From assembly GCF_009914755.1 (NCBI RefSeq), contig NC_060927.1: a stretch of DNA of 64,000 nt. One strand, given 5' to 3'. Below the pieces are notes generated by a model. It saw nothing but the letters and a program-made list of their open reading frames with translations, was not told where the DNA came from and searched no databases. The translations under genes were made by a program, and so were the position numbers. This stretch comes from the human T2T-CHM13v2.0 reference genome, Homo sapiens. Positions 15,155 through 28,050 of this stretch are shown piece after piece; positions within the stretch are counted from its first letter, which is position 1; each line of letters opens with the position of its first letter.

Positions 15155-15869
15155 TTAAGTTAGATATAGGCATAAGAGGGAATGAACTGTAAGTGCTTGT
15201 TGATGTATTTATGTATGCCCCACTTAAGACTGTTGTACTCCTTTCTAAATTATTCACTCTTTCAGGTCAGAACAAGTATTTCTATCTTTCCTTATAATAC
15301 AGCCATCGGCAAACTTCTTACACCGTAATGGCCCAGGATATTACAGAAATACATGCAGAAATCTTAGTGTCACTGTGACAGACACAGGAAGAAACTACTG
15401 GATCCTATGCCACTCATCCTTCTCCAAAACACATATGAATATGTTTTGACCAAAGCCTGCCTTGAGAAAGCCAAGATAATTGCCATTCATTTCAATAGCT
15501 GGGAAGATTCAATGCAGTCACTTTTCTGACTTGGCATTTAAGGAAGGGCTAGTTAGACAAACAGAAGCGAGGGAAACCAAAGAAGACTGGCCCTCCCAGT
15601 GTCTGTCAACACAGGCTCCTCTCAGGCAATGGAGATTAAGGATGCTGATGTTATTTTTAGCCACATTTCCCCTGGAGTGAATGCCACTTCTTATGCCAAA
15701 AAATAAGGTATTTCTTTCCATTCCAAAAGTCCACTGTGAAAACTTCATATTCAGAATACCTGAGAGAGTTTAAATGTAGTTTTCAGAACCGAAAAATTGT
15801 CAAAATATTCAATAGCATTTATTCAGTGACATTTATTTATTTATTCTTACATGATGAGACTAAATCATA

Positions 15870-15949
15870 TCCCTTTATCCCTATATCCACAGATGTCTGG
15901 ATGCTGATGACTGTCCCTTTATCCCTATATCCATAGATGTCTGGATGCT
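15870..15949. repeat. Tandem duplication, period 44 bp (36-bp core, 1 mismatch)
   Basis: TCCCTTTATCCCTATATCCA(C/T)AGATGTCTGGATGCT at 15870 and 15914. Confidence 0.95.
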
Positions 15950-18900
15950 CATTATCATTTCTATTACCATTAATTTTGCACATTTTAATAGTAAGAAGAC
16001 AGATGACCTGGGTCTGTCTTTCATTTTTGAAACTTCAGCAAGCCACTCCATTGCCCCCCTCCTGTCAAAAGCCTCATTTATAATAATAGCAATGATGATC
16101 CTTGCTTGGGTTGCCTCAAGAAGTTGCTGTGAGGAAGAAAAGGAAAAAAATCCATGTGACATTACCTAGAAATTAAAATATATATATATATATACTCACA
16201 AACCCACAATTGATGCTTCTGTAATTATTTCTATTTAAGTATGTCTTGTCTCCATCCTGATGACAAGGACTTGCCATATGTTTCATGTTATCTCAAGTGC
16301 TTCAGAAGAGTAGGCATTCAGTGGATATAAATAATAATGATGAGAATAAAATTTAACATACCTTACCCCATGAATACAATTCTGCGAGTAGTCATCATTG
16401 CCAGCAGGTGGGGGCACAAACCTGAAGACTTTAATTAGAAAGGTTCATAGTTGGTCTACTGCTGAAATATGGTGAAAAGCTATCAAATTAGTTCAAAGTT
16501 TCTTCCATTATCTGTGGTGGCTGCCACCTTCAGAAAGGCTAAGGCATTCGACACCAGGTTTCTGGCAAAACAGAGACTGTAGGTTTCAGGAAACCTACAC
16601 CAGGTATCTGAACAGCACTGGATATGAAATCAGGAATAAGTCTTAGCACACGAATGTGTGATCTTGCTAATGTAAACGTCAAAGGATTTAGAAAAAAGTA
16701 AAATGAATTAGAATTTTTCTTTTGCGAAAGAGTGGAAGAGTTGTCTCAATAACCAAGATTGCCTTCTCTTTTCCATCTTAATCCAAACATGTTTTTCTTC
16801 TTTTTAAAAAAATAAAGCAGCTTACTGGATTCCCAAATATAGTATTAATATCAGTGGTAACTTCAAAGAAGCCACGATCAGTTCTTTAAGGACTTTCCCT
16901 CCTAGCATCTTTTTTATGGCTCAATAGGCCTGACCTCCAGGTCTCATCTTAAAAGTCAGAGCTTTCCCCTTTCATGAAAGTCTCCTATGTCTCATCAGTG
17001 CCAGATACACAGCAAAGTTAAATAGGGTCACAGTTTAGCGTGGGTCTCTAGGGTGAAGCCCATCCAGGGGTGTGGTGATTTTTCCTATGCATGGTCTGGC
17101 TGGGCGGCTGCTACCCACACGTTGATTACTTTAAGCCTGCTGAAGTGCTTGAAGCCTAACTGGCCTTTTAGAAAGGCTTCCTAAGGAGTCCTTTTCCAAG
17201 GAGAGGTGGCATCTGTCAAAAATGTCAAACAAAAGAAAGCAATGTCTACAAAATCCCTATTAAAATATTGGGGTAAAAGCTGGATGGCTATGGAACTGCA
17301 AGGAACTTTTAAGTATAGTTTAGTCCAAATCCTTCAGTTTTATAAAAAGAGAAACTGAGACTCAAAAAGGCAAAATAATGTTTTCAAAGTCACTTGGAAA
17401 AATCTGAGACCCCAGGACCCTAAGTAACCATCTTTGCCTTACACCAGGCTAGAGTCCTCTAGATGTTTATTCTAAATAATGCCAACTACAGCCATCTGGA
17501 AACCAATATTTACAAAGCAGCCACCATGAACTGTTTCCAATAATCAGAAACTTGGTCTGAAAAATTAATAAAACAACAAAAAGTGCTTGCGAGGTTCCAG
17601 AGATTTTTCACCCTTTATGCAGATGTTTTAGTCTGGTGGAGAAATGAGCACAATCAGTGGTTCCCTTTCTTATGCATCAATGTGGCTCATTAAAACAATA
17701 ATTTGCCTTTGTCTCTATTTTTTGTCATTTCCTTAAGATTGAAAAAGTAAAATTCAATTATTAAACTATTTCAGTTTGTTTTTAAAGTCTTCCTTTTTTC
17801 AATTTTTTGTTCTGTAACAAATAGATTTTCAACAATGTTATAATGCATAAATTCTAGCCAAATATATTTTTTCTTTTATAATTTCCTTTTTTAAAAAAGT
17901 AACTTTCTCTTCTCTCCAAATATTTCATCCCTAAATTATGTAAACTTTTCTCTTTCAGTTTTAAAAAATAAAATCCATACTTCTGGCTTAAATTGCACAC
18001 ATTTGTAATATTCATACCAACAGATGCCTATCCAGCTAGCTGTACATCTGCCTACCCACTCATCCATTCATCCATCCTTCCATCCATCTTCCCAGTTATT
18101 CACTTTTTCAATAAATCTTTAATGAGTGCCTTTCATGTGCCAGGCATAATGCTAGGTACTGGTGATCTGAGTGTTTAAAAAATAAGCATCTCTGACCTTG
18201 AGGATCTACTCCAGTGGTACTAAATTTGTAAATTCTGGATTTCGTTAGACAACTATGTACAATATTATATGATAGTGTGTTTCTCTAATGTAACTGACAT
18301 TACAGGACAGTTCTTAAAAGCTGTCAGTGATACTTTATTGCCTATTCATTCAACAAATATGTAATGAATGTATATCATGTGCCAATTACTATTTTAGGGA
18401 TACATTGATAAAAATAATGTTCTTCTAGGAATGTACAATGACATTAGCCTCTAAAGAGTATTGAGAGTATCTTGGTTACAAATGACTAACCAGACTTCTC
18501 CCAATAACTGAGAAACAAATTTTACCATTGATTTATTTTTCTTATAGTAAACATTAAATAGCATCTCACAAATAATATTCCATATAATAAACAGTAAATT
18601 CTTAAAATTTACATATGTAACATTTGTGACTTTAGCTCTCTGGAAATGACCAAAGGCTTTTAAGAAGTAGTAGATTTGTAGTTTAAGGCACAAATGAGCC
18701 CCTCAGGGGTGGGGTGTGCATTCAAGAAAACAGATCCAGCCAGGGGACCAAAATGTTCAGCCCAAAGTGGCTTTGCTTTTCTAAACCCATGGTAACTAAT
18801 GCAGTAACTCTCAGGATTCCATAAGACCTTTGTTTCTTTATGAAATATAAATAATGAAGTGAAAGTCTCCTTTAGGTATTTTATACAGAATAAACTTGTA

Positions 18901-19088
18901 TATACTTTTTTATTTAACATATTATCCTCCAAGAAACATTATTTGTTAGTTAAATGCACATACACAAATTTCTCTATTTGCAAAGTTGGCAATTTAGAGG
19001 GTTTCTAAATAGATCAAAACCCCAAATGCCTTCAGAGGCGAGGCAGATAATATCAATAATGAAGTGGGTACTTTATAAAACCATTAGG

Positions 19089-19582
<494 letters not shown>

Positions 19583-19690
19583 TAAGAAATGGTGAAACTG
19601 ATGACAAATTAAATAGCCTTACTCAATTGCCGTTTTGGGAATGGAGGTAAAGTACTGGCAGGTGATTCAATTTTTTATAAAGATGATGAG

Positions 19691-20070
19691 TGTGTTACTC
19701 CATTTTCATATTGCTCTAAAGAACTGCCCAAGACTGGGTAATTTATAAAGGAAAGAGGTTGAATTGACTCAAGAGTTTACATGGCTGCAGAAGCCTCAGG
19801 AAACTTACAACCAGGGAGGATGGCGAAGGGGAAGCAATGAACCTTCTTTACGAGGCGGCAGGAAGGAGAAGTGCCGAGTGAAGCGGGTAGAGCCCCTTAT
19901 AAAACCATCAGATCTTGTGAGAACTCACTATCAGGAGAACAGCATGGGGAAAACTGCCCCCATGACTCAATTACCTCCACCTGGTCTCTCCCTTGACATG
20001 GGCGGCGGGGATTATGGGGATTAGAATTCAAGAGGAGTTTTCGGTGGGGACACAAAACCTAACCTTGTCA
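19691..20070 (-). mobile_element. THE1D-like MaLR solo LTR
   Basis: TG...CA ends; GACTGGGTAATTTATAAAGGAAAGAGG, CTTATAAAACCATCAGATCTTGTGAGAACTCACT; perfect 5-bp TSD ATGAG (19686-19690 / 20071-20075). Confidence 0.93.
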
Positions 20071-20634
20071 ATGAGAGTCTATTTATCTATGTAAAATTTG
20101 TTGGCAGTATTTAAAAGCATTGTGCAAGTCTACACTTGGAAGCCCAAAAGATTAAGTCCATAGATTGGATTTGCTATGAAGGCCAAATATTTGTGTATTT
20201 TGTTCAACTGTATTTAATTATGTTAGGTTTAATGTACTAATGTTTTACATAGTATTACAAAGGCAACATGATGTCCAGAAAGCTCTGTTACCAATACCAC
20301 TTATTTTTATGCATCCACTACACATTACTGGTGAGATATAAAGTGAATTATTTAACTGTTAGGGTCCCGTTTCATCATCTGTAAAATATAAACATATGTG
20401 CTTTAGAGGATATACTATAATATTAAATATAATAAGGACATGGTGCATGGTGCCCCTGCAGTTTTTTTAATGCAGGGGCCCTGCTTGGTATGAAATAAAT
20501 TAAGTGTATAAATAATTGTTCCTGAATTTTAAAATATCTATCAGAGTACACATGGTGCACATAGTATACAGCTAATATATAAATGTTAGCAAAAAATATA
20601 ATATGTAAATCTTACTATTTACGACAGATGGATT

Positions 20635-20952
20635 GGCCAGGTGCAGTGGCTCACACCTGTAATCCCAGCACTTTGGGAGATAGAGGCAGGTGGTTCACGA
20701 GGTCAGGAGTTCGAGACCAGCGTGTCCAATATGGTGAAACCCTGTCTTTACTATTAGTAAAAATACAAAAATTAGCCAGGCGCGGTGGCGCATGCCTGTA
20801 ATCCCAGCTACTCATGTGGCTGAGACAGGAGAATCACTTGAACTGGGGAGGCAGAGGTTGCAGTGAGCCAAGATATTGCCACTGGGCAATAGAGTGAGGC
20901 TCCCTCTCAAAAAAAAAAAAAAAAAAAAAAAGAAAGAAAGAAAGAAAAAAAA
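20635..20952 (+). mobile_element. AluSg-like
   Basis: TCACGAGGTCAGGAGTTCGAGACCAGC; small right-arm deletion; long A/(GAAA)n tail; imperfect TSD AGATGGATT / AGATGAATT. Confidence 0.93.
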
Positions 20953-21754
20953 TTGTAAATAGATGAATTCCAACAGTCTGAATTTACTTTCCTCTTTCAT
21001 ATGCATTGATGGGGCTCTTGGTAAATGTGTCTGATGCCTTCTGTCTGCTTTGGTACCTCTACAGGTTGTTATATCTGCAATGATGTGAATTTGTAAGGCT
21101 AGCAGAAGAAAACTCTATCGTCCCCAATATAAAAGAAAGACTGAGAATATAAAAAGAGGATTTCAAGCAAATAATGTGAGAGAAAACACACAGAATTACA
21201 TTTTTCTTACAGACAATGTTAATATTGGAGTCATTTCAATTTACCTACACATGATCATAAATGGAAACCCTTCTCCACCCTAACACTGCCATAAATGTGG
21301 CAAGTACTTTTGTCCTTGATACCCAGAGGAAAATCCAGTCCAAAAACAGACTGACTTATCAAAAGACAAAAAAAAAGCCTTTTAAAAAGACTCTTAAAGG
21401 AACTATACAAGTGGCACTCTGTCGAGTCCTTGATATATGCTGTCATATTTAGCTCTTAAAATAGACCTATGAATATGTAAAGCCTACGAAATGGGGGCTT
21501 CCTGCTTAATGAATCATTTCCTCATCTGAATTTTTCAACCACAGTCACTAGTAGAACTTTTTTTTTTCTTTTTGCCTCTAACATAATGTTTCTCCAGGAA
21601 TAATTTCCCTCAGAGACCGTAACTTTTCATCCTTTGTAAGCCAAAAGTCCATAACATTATTATCTTTTATTTTTCTCTTTCGCAGGCTAAAAAAACCAAG
21701 CTGCATTATCCCTCAATTACTTTTTAAATTCTTAATATTTTAATCATTAATAAG

Positions 21755-22010
21755 TAGCATGGTGAGTTAGTCAAGACTGTACACTCTAAAACTAAACTGG
21801 CTGGATTTTAATTTAACTGGTAATTTAGTAGGTTTGTTTTCTTGGACCACTAATTAACCTCTCTGTGCCTCATTTTCCCCAAGTATAAAGAAGACATAAT
21901 AATAGTATTCACCTGTGAGGGTTATGATGCGGATAATGTAAATTGGCATTTGTTAAGAACTTAGAACTCTCCTTTGCATATAAGAGTTTGATAAAGCTAT
22001 TATCATTATG
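21755..22010 (+). mobile_element. MIR, near full length
   Basis: TAACCTCTCTGTGCCTCATTTTCCCC...ATAATAGTATTCACCTGTGAGGGTTATGATGCGGAT core. Confidence 0.8.
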
Positions 22011-22629
22011 TCTCACTTACATCTTCTTCTCTTTATATTGCAGCCCCAAAATAGATAAAAGTCAAATAGAAGTATGAATGAAAGAAAATAAAATGAATTC
22101 GAGATATTTTTGGAGCTGATTCATTTACAAATGGACTAACACATAATAAACCTCAGTCGGGAATCTTAGAAGTAACCATCAATGCTTCCCATAAGAATGG
22201 AAATTATCTGTAAATCAAGAGCAGAATCCTGACCATGGACCAAAAAAAAATTTTTTTTGAAAAGCTAATTTTAGAAATTTACTACTGGATTTACAGTACA
22301 CTTTTTAAAGACCAAAATAATAAGTGTTTGTCTTTAGTAAGGGAAAGTACCTTTTAGAGTTGCTAACTTTATTTTGATTTGATTTTTTGTTTTTATTAAC
22401 CATTATTTCTCGGGCCCTTGAAAACATTTTTCTTTCATCTGGGGAGGTTCTGTTAGTCAGTTTACAAAACTGGCAGCATTTCATTTTTTCAATGAAATTT
22501 AACAGAATTTTGTCTCAGCTTTTACATGATGTGTATGAACTTGAATAAATTCATCCCTTTCTTTTAGCCTGTTTACTTAAAAGTCAAATTTTGGGGAATT
22601 CCTGTAATCTCTTTCTTATAGTATTGTTG

Positions 22630-23159
22630 TGTCAGAGACGTTTGAACCAGAGCAACTCCATCTTGAGTAGTGCCTGGGTAAAAGGAGCCTGAGGCGTACT
22701 GGGCTGCATTCCCAGATGGTTAGGCATTCTAAGTCACAGGATGAGACAGAAAATCAGCACAAGATACAGGTCATACAGACCTTGCTGACAAAACAGCTTG
22801 CAGTAAAAACGCCAGCTAAAACCCACCAAAACCAAGATGGCGCTGAGAGTCACCTCCGGTCATCCTCACTGCTACACTCCCACCAGTGCTAGGACAGTCT
22901 ACAAATGCCGTGACAACCTCAGGAAGTTACCCTATATGGTCTAAAAAGCGGAGGCAGGAATAATCCACCCCTTGTTTAGCATATCATCAAGAAATAATCA
23001 TAAAAATAGGCAACCAGCAGCCCTTGGGCTACTCTGACCATGGAGTAAGTATTCTTTTATTTCTTTACTTTCCTAATAAACTTGCTTTCACTTTGTTCTG
23101 TGCAGTCACCCTGAATTCTTTCTTGCGGGAGATCCAAGAACCCTCCCTTTCTGGTAACA
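22630..23159 (+). mobile_element. MER41A solo LTR (ERV1)
   Basis: TGTCAGAGACGTTTGAACCAGAGCAACTCCATCTTG start; CCAAAACCAAGATGGCG, CAGGAAGTTACCCTATATGGTCTAAAAAG; AATAAA 23075-23080; GGTAACA end. Lacks the MER41B segment with tandem GAS sites. Confidence 0.93.
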
Positions 23160-23364
23160 TAAAGATTAAAGTAAAATAAGAAGTGCTTCATAAACTGAAA
23201 ATATCATACGGGTATTAGTTGTTCTAATAACCAGGTCTGGTTTCCCAATCTGCGAAGTGTGTAGTATTTATCAAAACTCAATGAATATTTGCTGGGTGTA
23301 TGAAGCTATAAAATGAAAAGGGGATAAGCTAGGAGAAAATATTTATACTTTATTTAAAACATAA

Positions 23365-23600
23365 CTGCCTTCTACAATACGAGCCAAGCACTGTTTTAGG
23401 TGATTTCGAAACATTTACTCATTTAATACACATAACAATTTTATAAGGTAGGTACTACTATCATTCTCACTTACATATGACAAAACTGAGGCACTGAGAA
23501 GTACAACTAACTTCACCAAACAAATGGGTTGGAAATAACAGATAATGTAATGCAAACACAGGCAGTTTGGCTCTGAGGCCTGTAGTTTTAAACTATGATA
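23365..23600 (-). mobile_element. MIR
   Basis: ACTCATTTAAT..ACAATTTTATAAGGTAGGTACTACTATCATTCTCACTTACATATGACAAAACTGAGGCACTGAGA. Confidence 0.82.
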
Positions 23601-23967
23601 CCTAACTAAATCTCCGCCACTTAGCTCTGGACAGAGAAACCACCCAACAGATAATACTATACCATGAAGCAAAGATGATGTAAACACATCTTGTGGCATT
23701 TTATCTCTGTGTTCTATCCATAAGGGCAAGAACAGGGTTTCACAGCCAGCGAATTCCACCACTGTGGAAAATACAGTAACCCATTCTTAACCCACGTGAG
23801 GGACAGTGGTTGGGTACCTGAACAGTACTGGAATAAAATAATTAACTCTGAGGAATTATGACCTTATAATGAAACATCAGGTTATAGAGAAAGAGGTCAT
23901 TAATTAAACTATAAAAGGGCTTGTACATATTTGTTGTATTTTCACTAAAATAAAGTAGATATTTAGA

Positions 23968-24060
23968 TATAGGTTGGTGCAAAAGTAATTGCGGTTTTTA
24001 CCTTTTTTTTTTTTTTTTAAGCAATGGCAAAAACTGCAATTACTTTTGCACCAACCTGTA
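23968..24060. mobile_element. MADE1 MITE (Hsmar1-derived), miR-548-type hairpin
   Basis: TIRs AGGTTGGTGCAAAAGTAATTGCGGTTTTT (23971-23999) and AAAAACTGCAATTACTTTTGCACCAACCT (24029-24057); TA at both ends; centre contains T16. Confidence 0.95.
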
Positions 24061-24268
24061 GGTACTGTTAACATTTAGTGTTTAATGAATCTTAAGTGGG
24101 TAATCGATTCATAAAATATTATTTTCTATCACTCACTGCTCAGGATTTCCCTCTGCTGCTCTTCCCACCCAATGCTGGTGCATGTATTTTGCACACAGGA
24201 GGTCCTTTGTGCTGGGTCTGAGCATTCACCTCCTCTCTGGCTTCACGGAATACATTTTAAGACCAGGC

Positions 24269-24364
24269 ACTTGAACCCAGAAAGTGGAGACTGCAGTGAG
24301 TGGGCCACTGCACTCTAGCCTGGGCGACAGAGCAAGACTCCATCGCAAAAAAAAAAAAAATAAA
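24269..24364 (+). mobile_element. Alu 3' fragment (5'-truncated insertion)
   Basis: CTTGAACCCAG...GCCACTGCACTCTAGCCTGGGCGACAGAGCAAGACTCC plus poly-A; TSD AAGACCAGGC / AAGAACCAGGC. Confidence 0.9.
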
Positions 24365-25049
24365 GAACCAGGCTTCCACTACCTCCTCTGCTCATATTGT
24401 CTCTTGAGCCCTCTGCACCCTATTCCTTGGTCTTTTATTTAAGGTGCTTTTCTATTCCTGTCAATAAGTTCCCTCTATTTCCACATATTTCTAGAAGAAT
24501 GATTGATAATTCTCACAATTTCCATGATATGGAAGCAAAATTTCACAGTACTATGCCAAATAAGAGACACACATTAAATGTTATTCCCACTTTTAAAGGA
24601 AAAAATTACCATACTTAGCAAGAGAAATAGCAAAGCCATTCTCAACTGGGGAATAATTTTTAGGCTGGCCTCTCATCCAGCATAGTGAAGAGAAAATACA
24701 CATGACTGATATTCCCCTCAAGCCCTACTCTTGCAGAGCACTCAGGTTTAGAGGCTTAGTGAAGGTCGGGACTGGGAGAAACAGAGAAAAATCTGTTTGA
24801 AGAGGTATCCCAGCCAAACTCTGGAGACCTGACATCCTCCATCTTTTCTGTTGACACACAATTAGAGGGGAACTTGTCAAATATTTCCATATCTGAGGGG
24901 CTCTCTCAGTAGCCACAGATCAGAAGCCACAACTTAGACCAATGATCTTTTTGACCACAAGTGCCATGGTTTAATCTTCATAGTGCCCTGCATAGGATTT
25001 GCCATTCATTGAATGCTGTCAGAATTAATTAAAATTCTGTGCTTCTTAG

Positions 25050-25207
25050 ATGGAGACACTCTATGTTTTACAATGATTTTATTATTTTAATAATTGTTTG
25101 AATGGAGACACTCTATGTTTTACAATGATTTTATTATTTTAATAATTGTTTGAATGGAGACACTCTATGTTTTACAATGATTTTATTATTTTAATAATTG
25201 TTTGAAT
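25050..25207. repeat. Perfect tandem repeat, 3 x 52 bp
   Basis: Unit ATGGAGACACTCTATGTTTTACAATGATTTTATTATTTTAATAATTGTTTGA starts at 25050, 25102 and 25154. Confidence 0.98.
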
Positions 25208-26072
25208 TTTCTCTGAGTCTCCTCAGAAAGTTCATTCCTTAAAAGCCCCAAACATACCTCTGCTGACTGATATGAGAGAAGAAAAGGATGATATGTTTGT
25301 ACTTGGGCTACACAGTCTAGGGAGAGGAGTGTGGGGGAAGCCAGGGAGAAATTTCCAGGAAGCTAAGGTAGAGGTAGAAACCCTGAATTTACTACTAATT
25401 CAAAAAGTCATTTACATGACTTAAAGAAAAATTTTCTCTGGTTCTTGCCAAATTCTAGTGTTCCGGCCTGAGGTTCTTAAGACAATATTTGATTATCTCT
25501 TAAGAGTTCGAGTGGGGGTGGTTAGTATTTATTAAGTGTCCATTGAGTTTGGAGCTCTCAATATCTGAATAGAAGTTGATTATCCAAGGAGCTGAGAACC
25601 ATTGATTCAATCCACCATGAAGTGTTTATATCAAAGGTGAAATTCTTATTTAGTCTCAGTCTCATGCTGGTAATTACAAAGAAGATTTTAAGAATTCAGA
25701 GAAATCTGGGGACTTTTAAAAGTCACCATACTGTTACCCCTATCTATTCTTAAATATCATCAACTTGACAATTTCATTTGGTGAGAACTGTTTATTCATT
25801 CACATGCCAAGTTTCGGGCTGTCACAACTGATAATCCTCTAGAAGTATCAACAGGCAAAAGGAAATTGGTGACTTTCTTTTTTTTTTGCTTTTTTAATTA
25901 AAGTATCTGACCAATGCACTTGATATAATTTCTGACTCAAAAAAACATGCTTAATAATTAAATATTAAAGCAATCTTTATCCACATTGTTATTTAACCCT
26001 GTTCTAGAAATTCTGACCAATAAACAAGATGTCAAAAAATTACAGAAAAGTAGAAGACAAAATGTATCATTA

Positions 26073-26431
<359 letters not shown>

Positions 26432-26668
26432 CTAAGAGTTCAGTTAAATAGCTGTATAAAAATATATAATTACATAAAATGTTTAGCTTTTCTATATTCC
26501 TTTAAAAATAAATTTAAACATATAATGAGAAAAGATAATATCTATATATTCCATACACAGAACCTGAACACATGATCTTTATAAGCAATGTGTCATAGCT
26601 ACATGAAAAAAATACAAAATTTCACTGAGATATGAAAAATTAAAATATTAGAAAAACAATGAGATTTT

Positions 26669-26964
26669 GGCTGGGGTGGTGGTAAATGCCTATAATTCTA
26701 GCAGTTTGGGAAGCTGAGGCTGGCACATGGCTTGAGCCCAGCAGTTCAAGATGAGCCTGGGCAACATGGCAAAACCTCTTGTCTAAAAAATGCAAAAATT
26801 AGCTAGGCGTGATGGCACGCAACCCTGGAGGCTGAGGTGGGAGAATCACCTGAGCCCAGGGAGGTCAAGGCTGCAGTGAGCTATAATTGTTCCACTTCAC
26901 TCCAGCCTCGGCAAGAGAGTGAGACCCTGTCTCAAATAAATAAGTAATTAAATGAATAAATAAT
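26669..26964 (+). mobile_element. AluJ
   Basis: CTTGAGCCCAG..GAGGTCAAGGCTGCAGTGAGCTAT; (TAAA)n tail; TSD AAAAACAATGAGATT. Confidence 0.93.
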
Positions 26965-27734
26965 AAAAACAATGAGATTGTATTGGAAGTTGGCAAAATG
27001 ATTATCATGTTTGAATGGAAAAATGAAAAGGCAAAAAGGAAGAGGTAAAATTTTGAAAATTAAAAGTAATGAAAGTAAACATGCTATAGTAAATTTATAA
27101 TAACTAAAATAATCTGTTAGTGAGAGAAAATGGGAGAAAATAATCAGTGGAACAAATTAGCCCCCAAAGAGATCTTAGACTATAAAAGAACTTAATATAG
27201 GAAAAATGAGGCAATGTCAATTAATGAGAATATTACATAAAATCAATAAATGATGTTAGAAAAATTGGTTGATCATTTGGAAAACATCATTTTGATCTTA
27301 GCCTCATATCCTGCTAAAAATAAACTACAGATGTATTAAGAGTATGTACTATAATTCGTAGTGAATGCTTTTTCAAGTTATATATTTTTTTAAAAAGCTG
27401 GAATAAAATACATGTGAATATTTCTGACACTTAGATAAGGATGGATTTCCTATGCTGAGAAGTGATGAAAGATAGCACAATAAAATAAACTAAAAATGAA
27501 TTAAAATACTAAATGCTCTAAAATAAACATAAAACAACAAGATTAAAATATATGCAGATATTTCTAATTTATAGATGAAAGGATTTCTCATGTTTAAAAG
27601 TGATGGAAGATATAACCAAAAAATGTCATTCAACATGCATATACATAAAATGAAGAAAAATAAGACCAAAATAAACCCTTGTGTACATAAAATTACATTA
27701 TCATGTTAGAAAAAATATTTTTAAAGAAGTGTAT

Positions 27735-28050
<316 letters not shown>

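Noticed and set aside
16399-16418. CTCF-like motif CCAGCAGGTGGGGGCAC
   Set aside because: The highly conserved C of GGC is displaced; cannot be called without ChIP data.
25050-25207. Possible CRISPR-like array
   Set aside because: Head-to-tail identical units with no spacers, in eukaryotic DNA with no cas genes.
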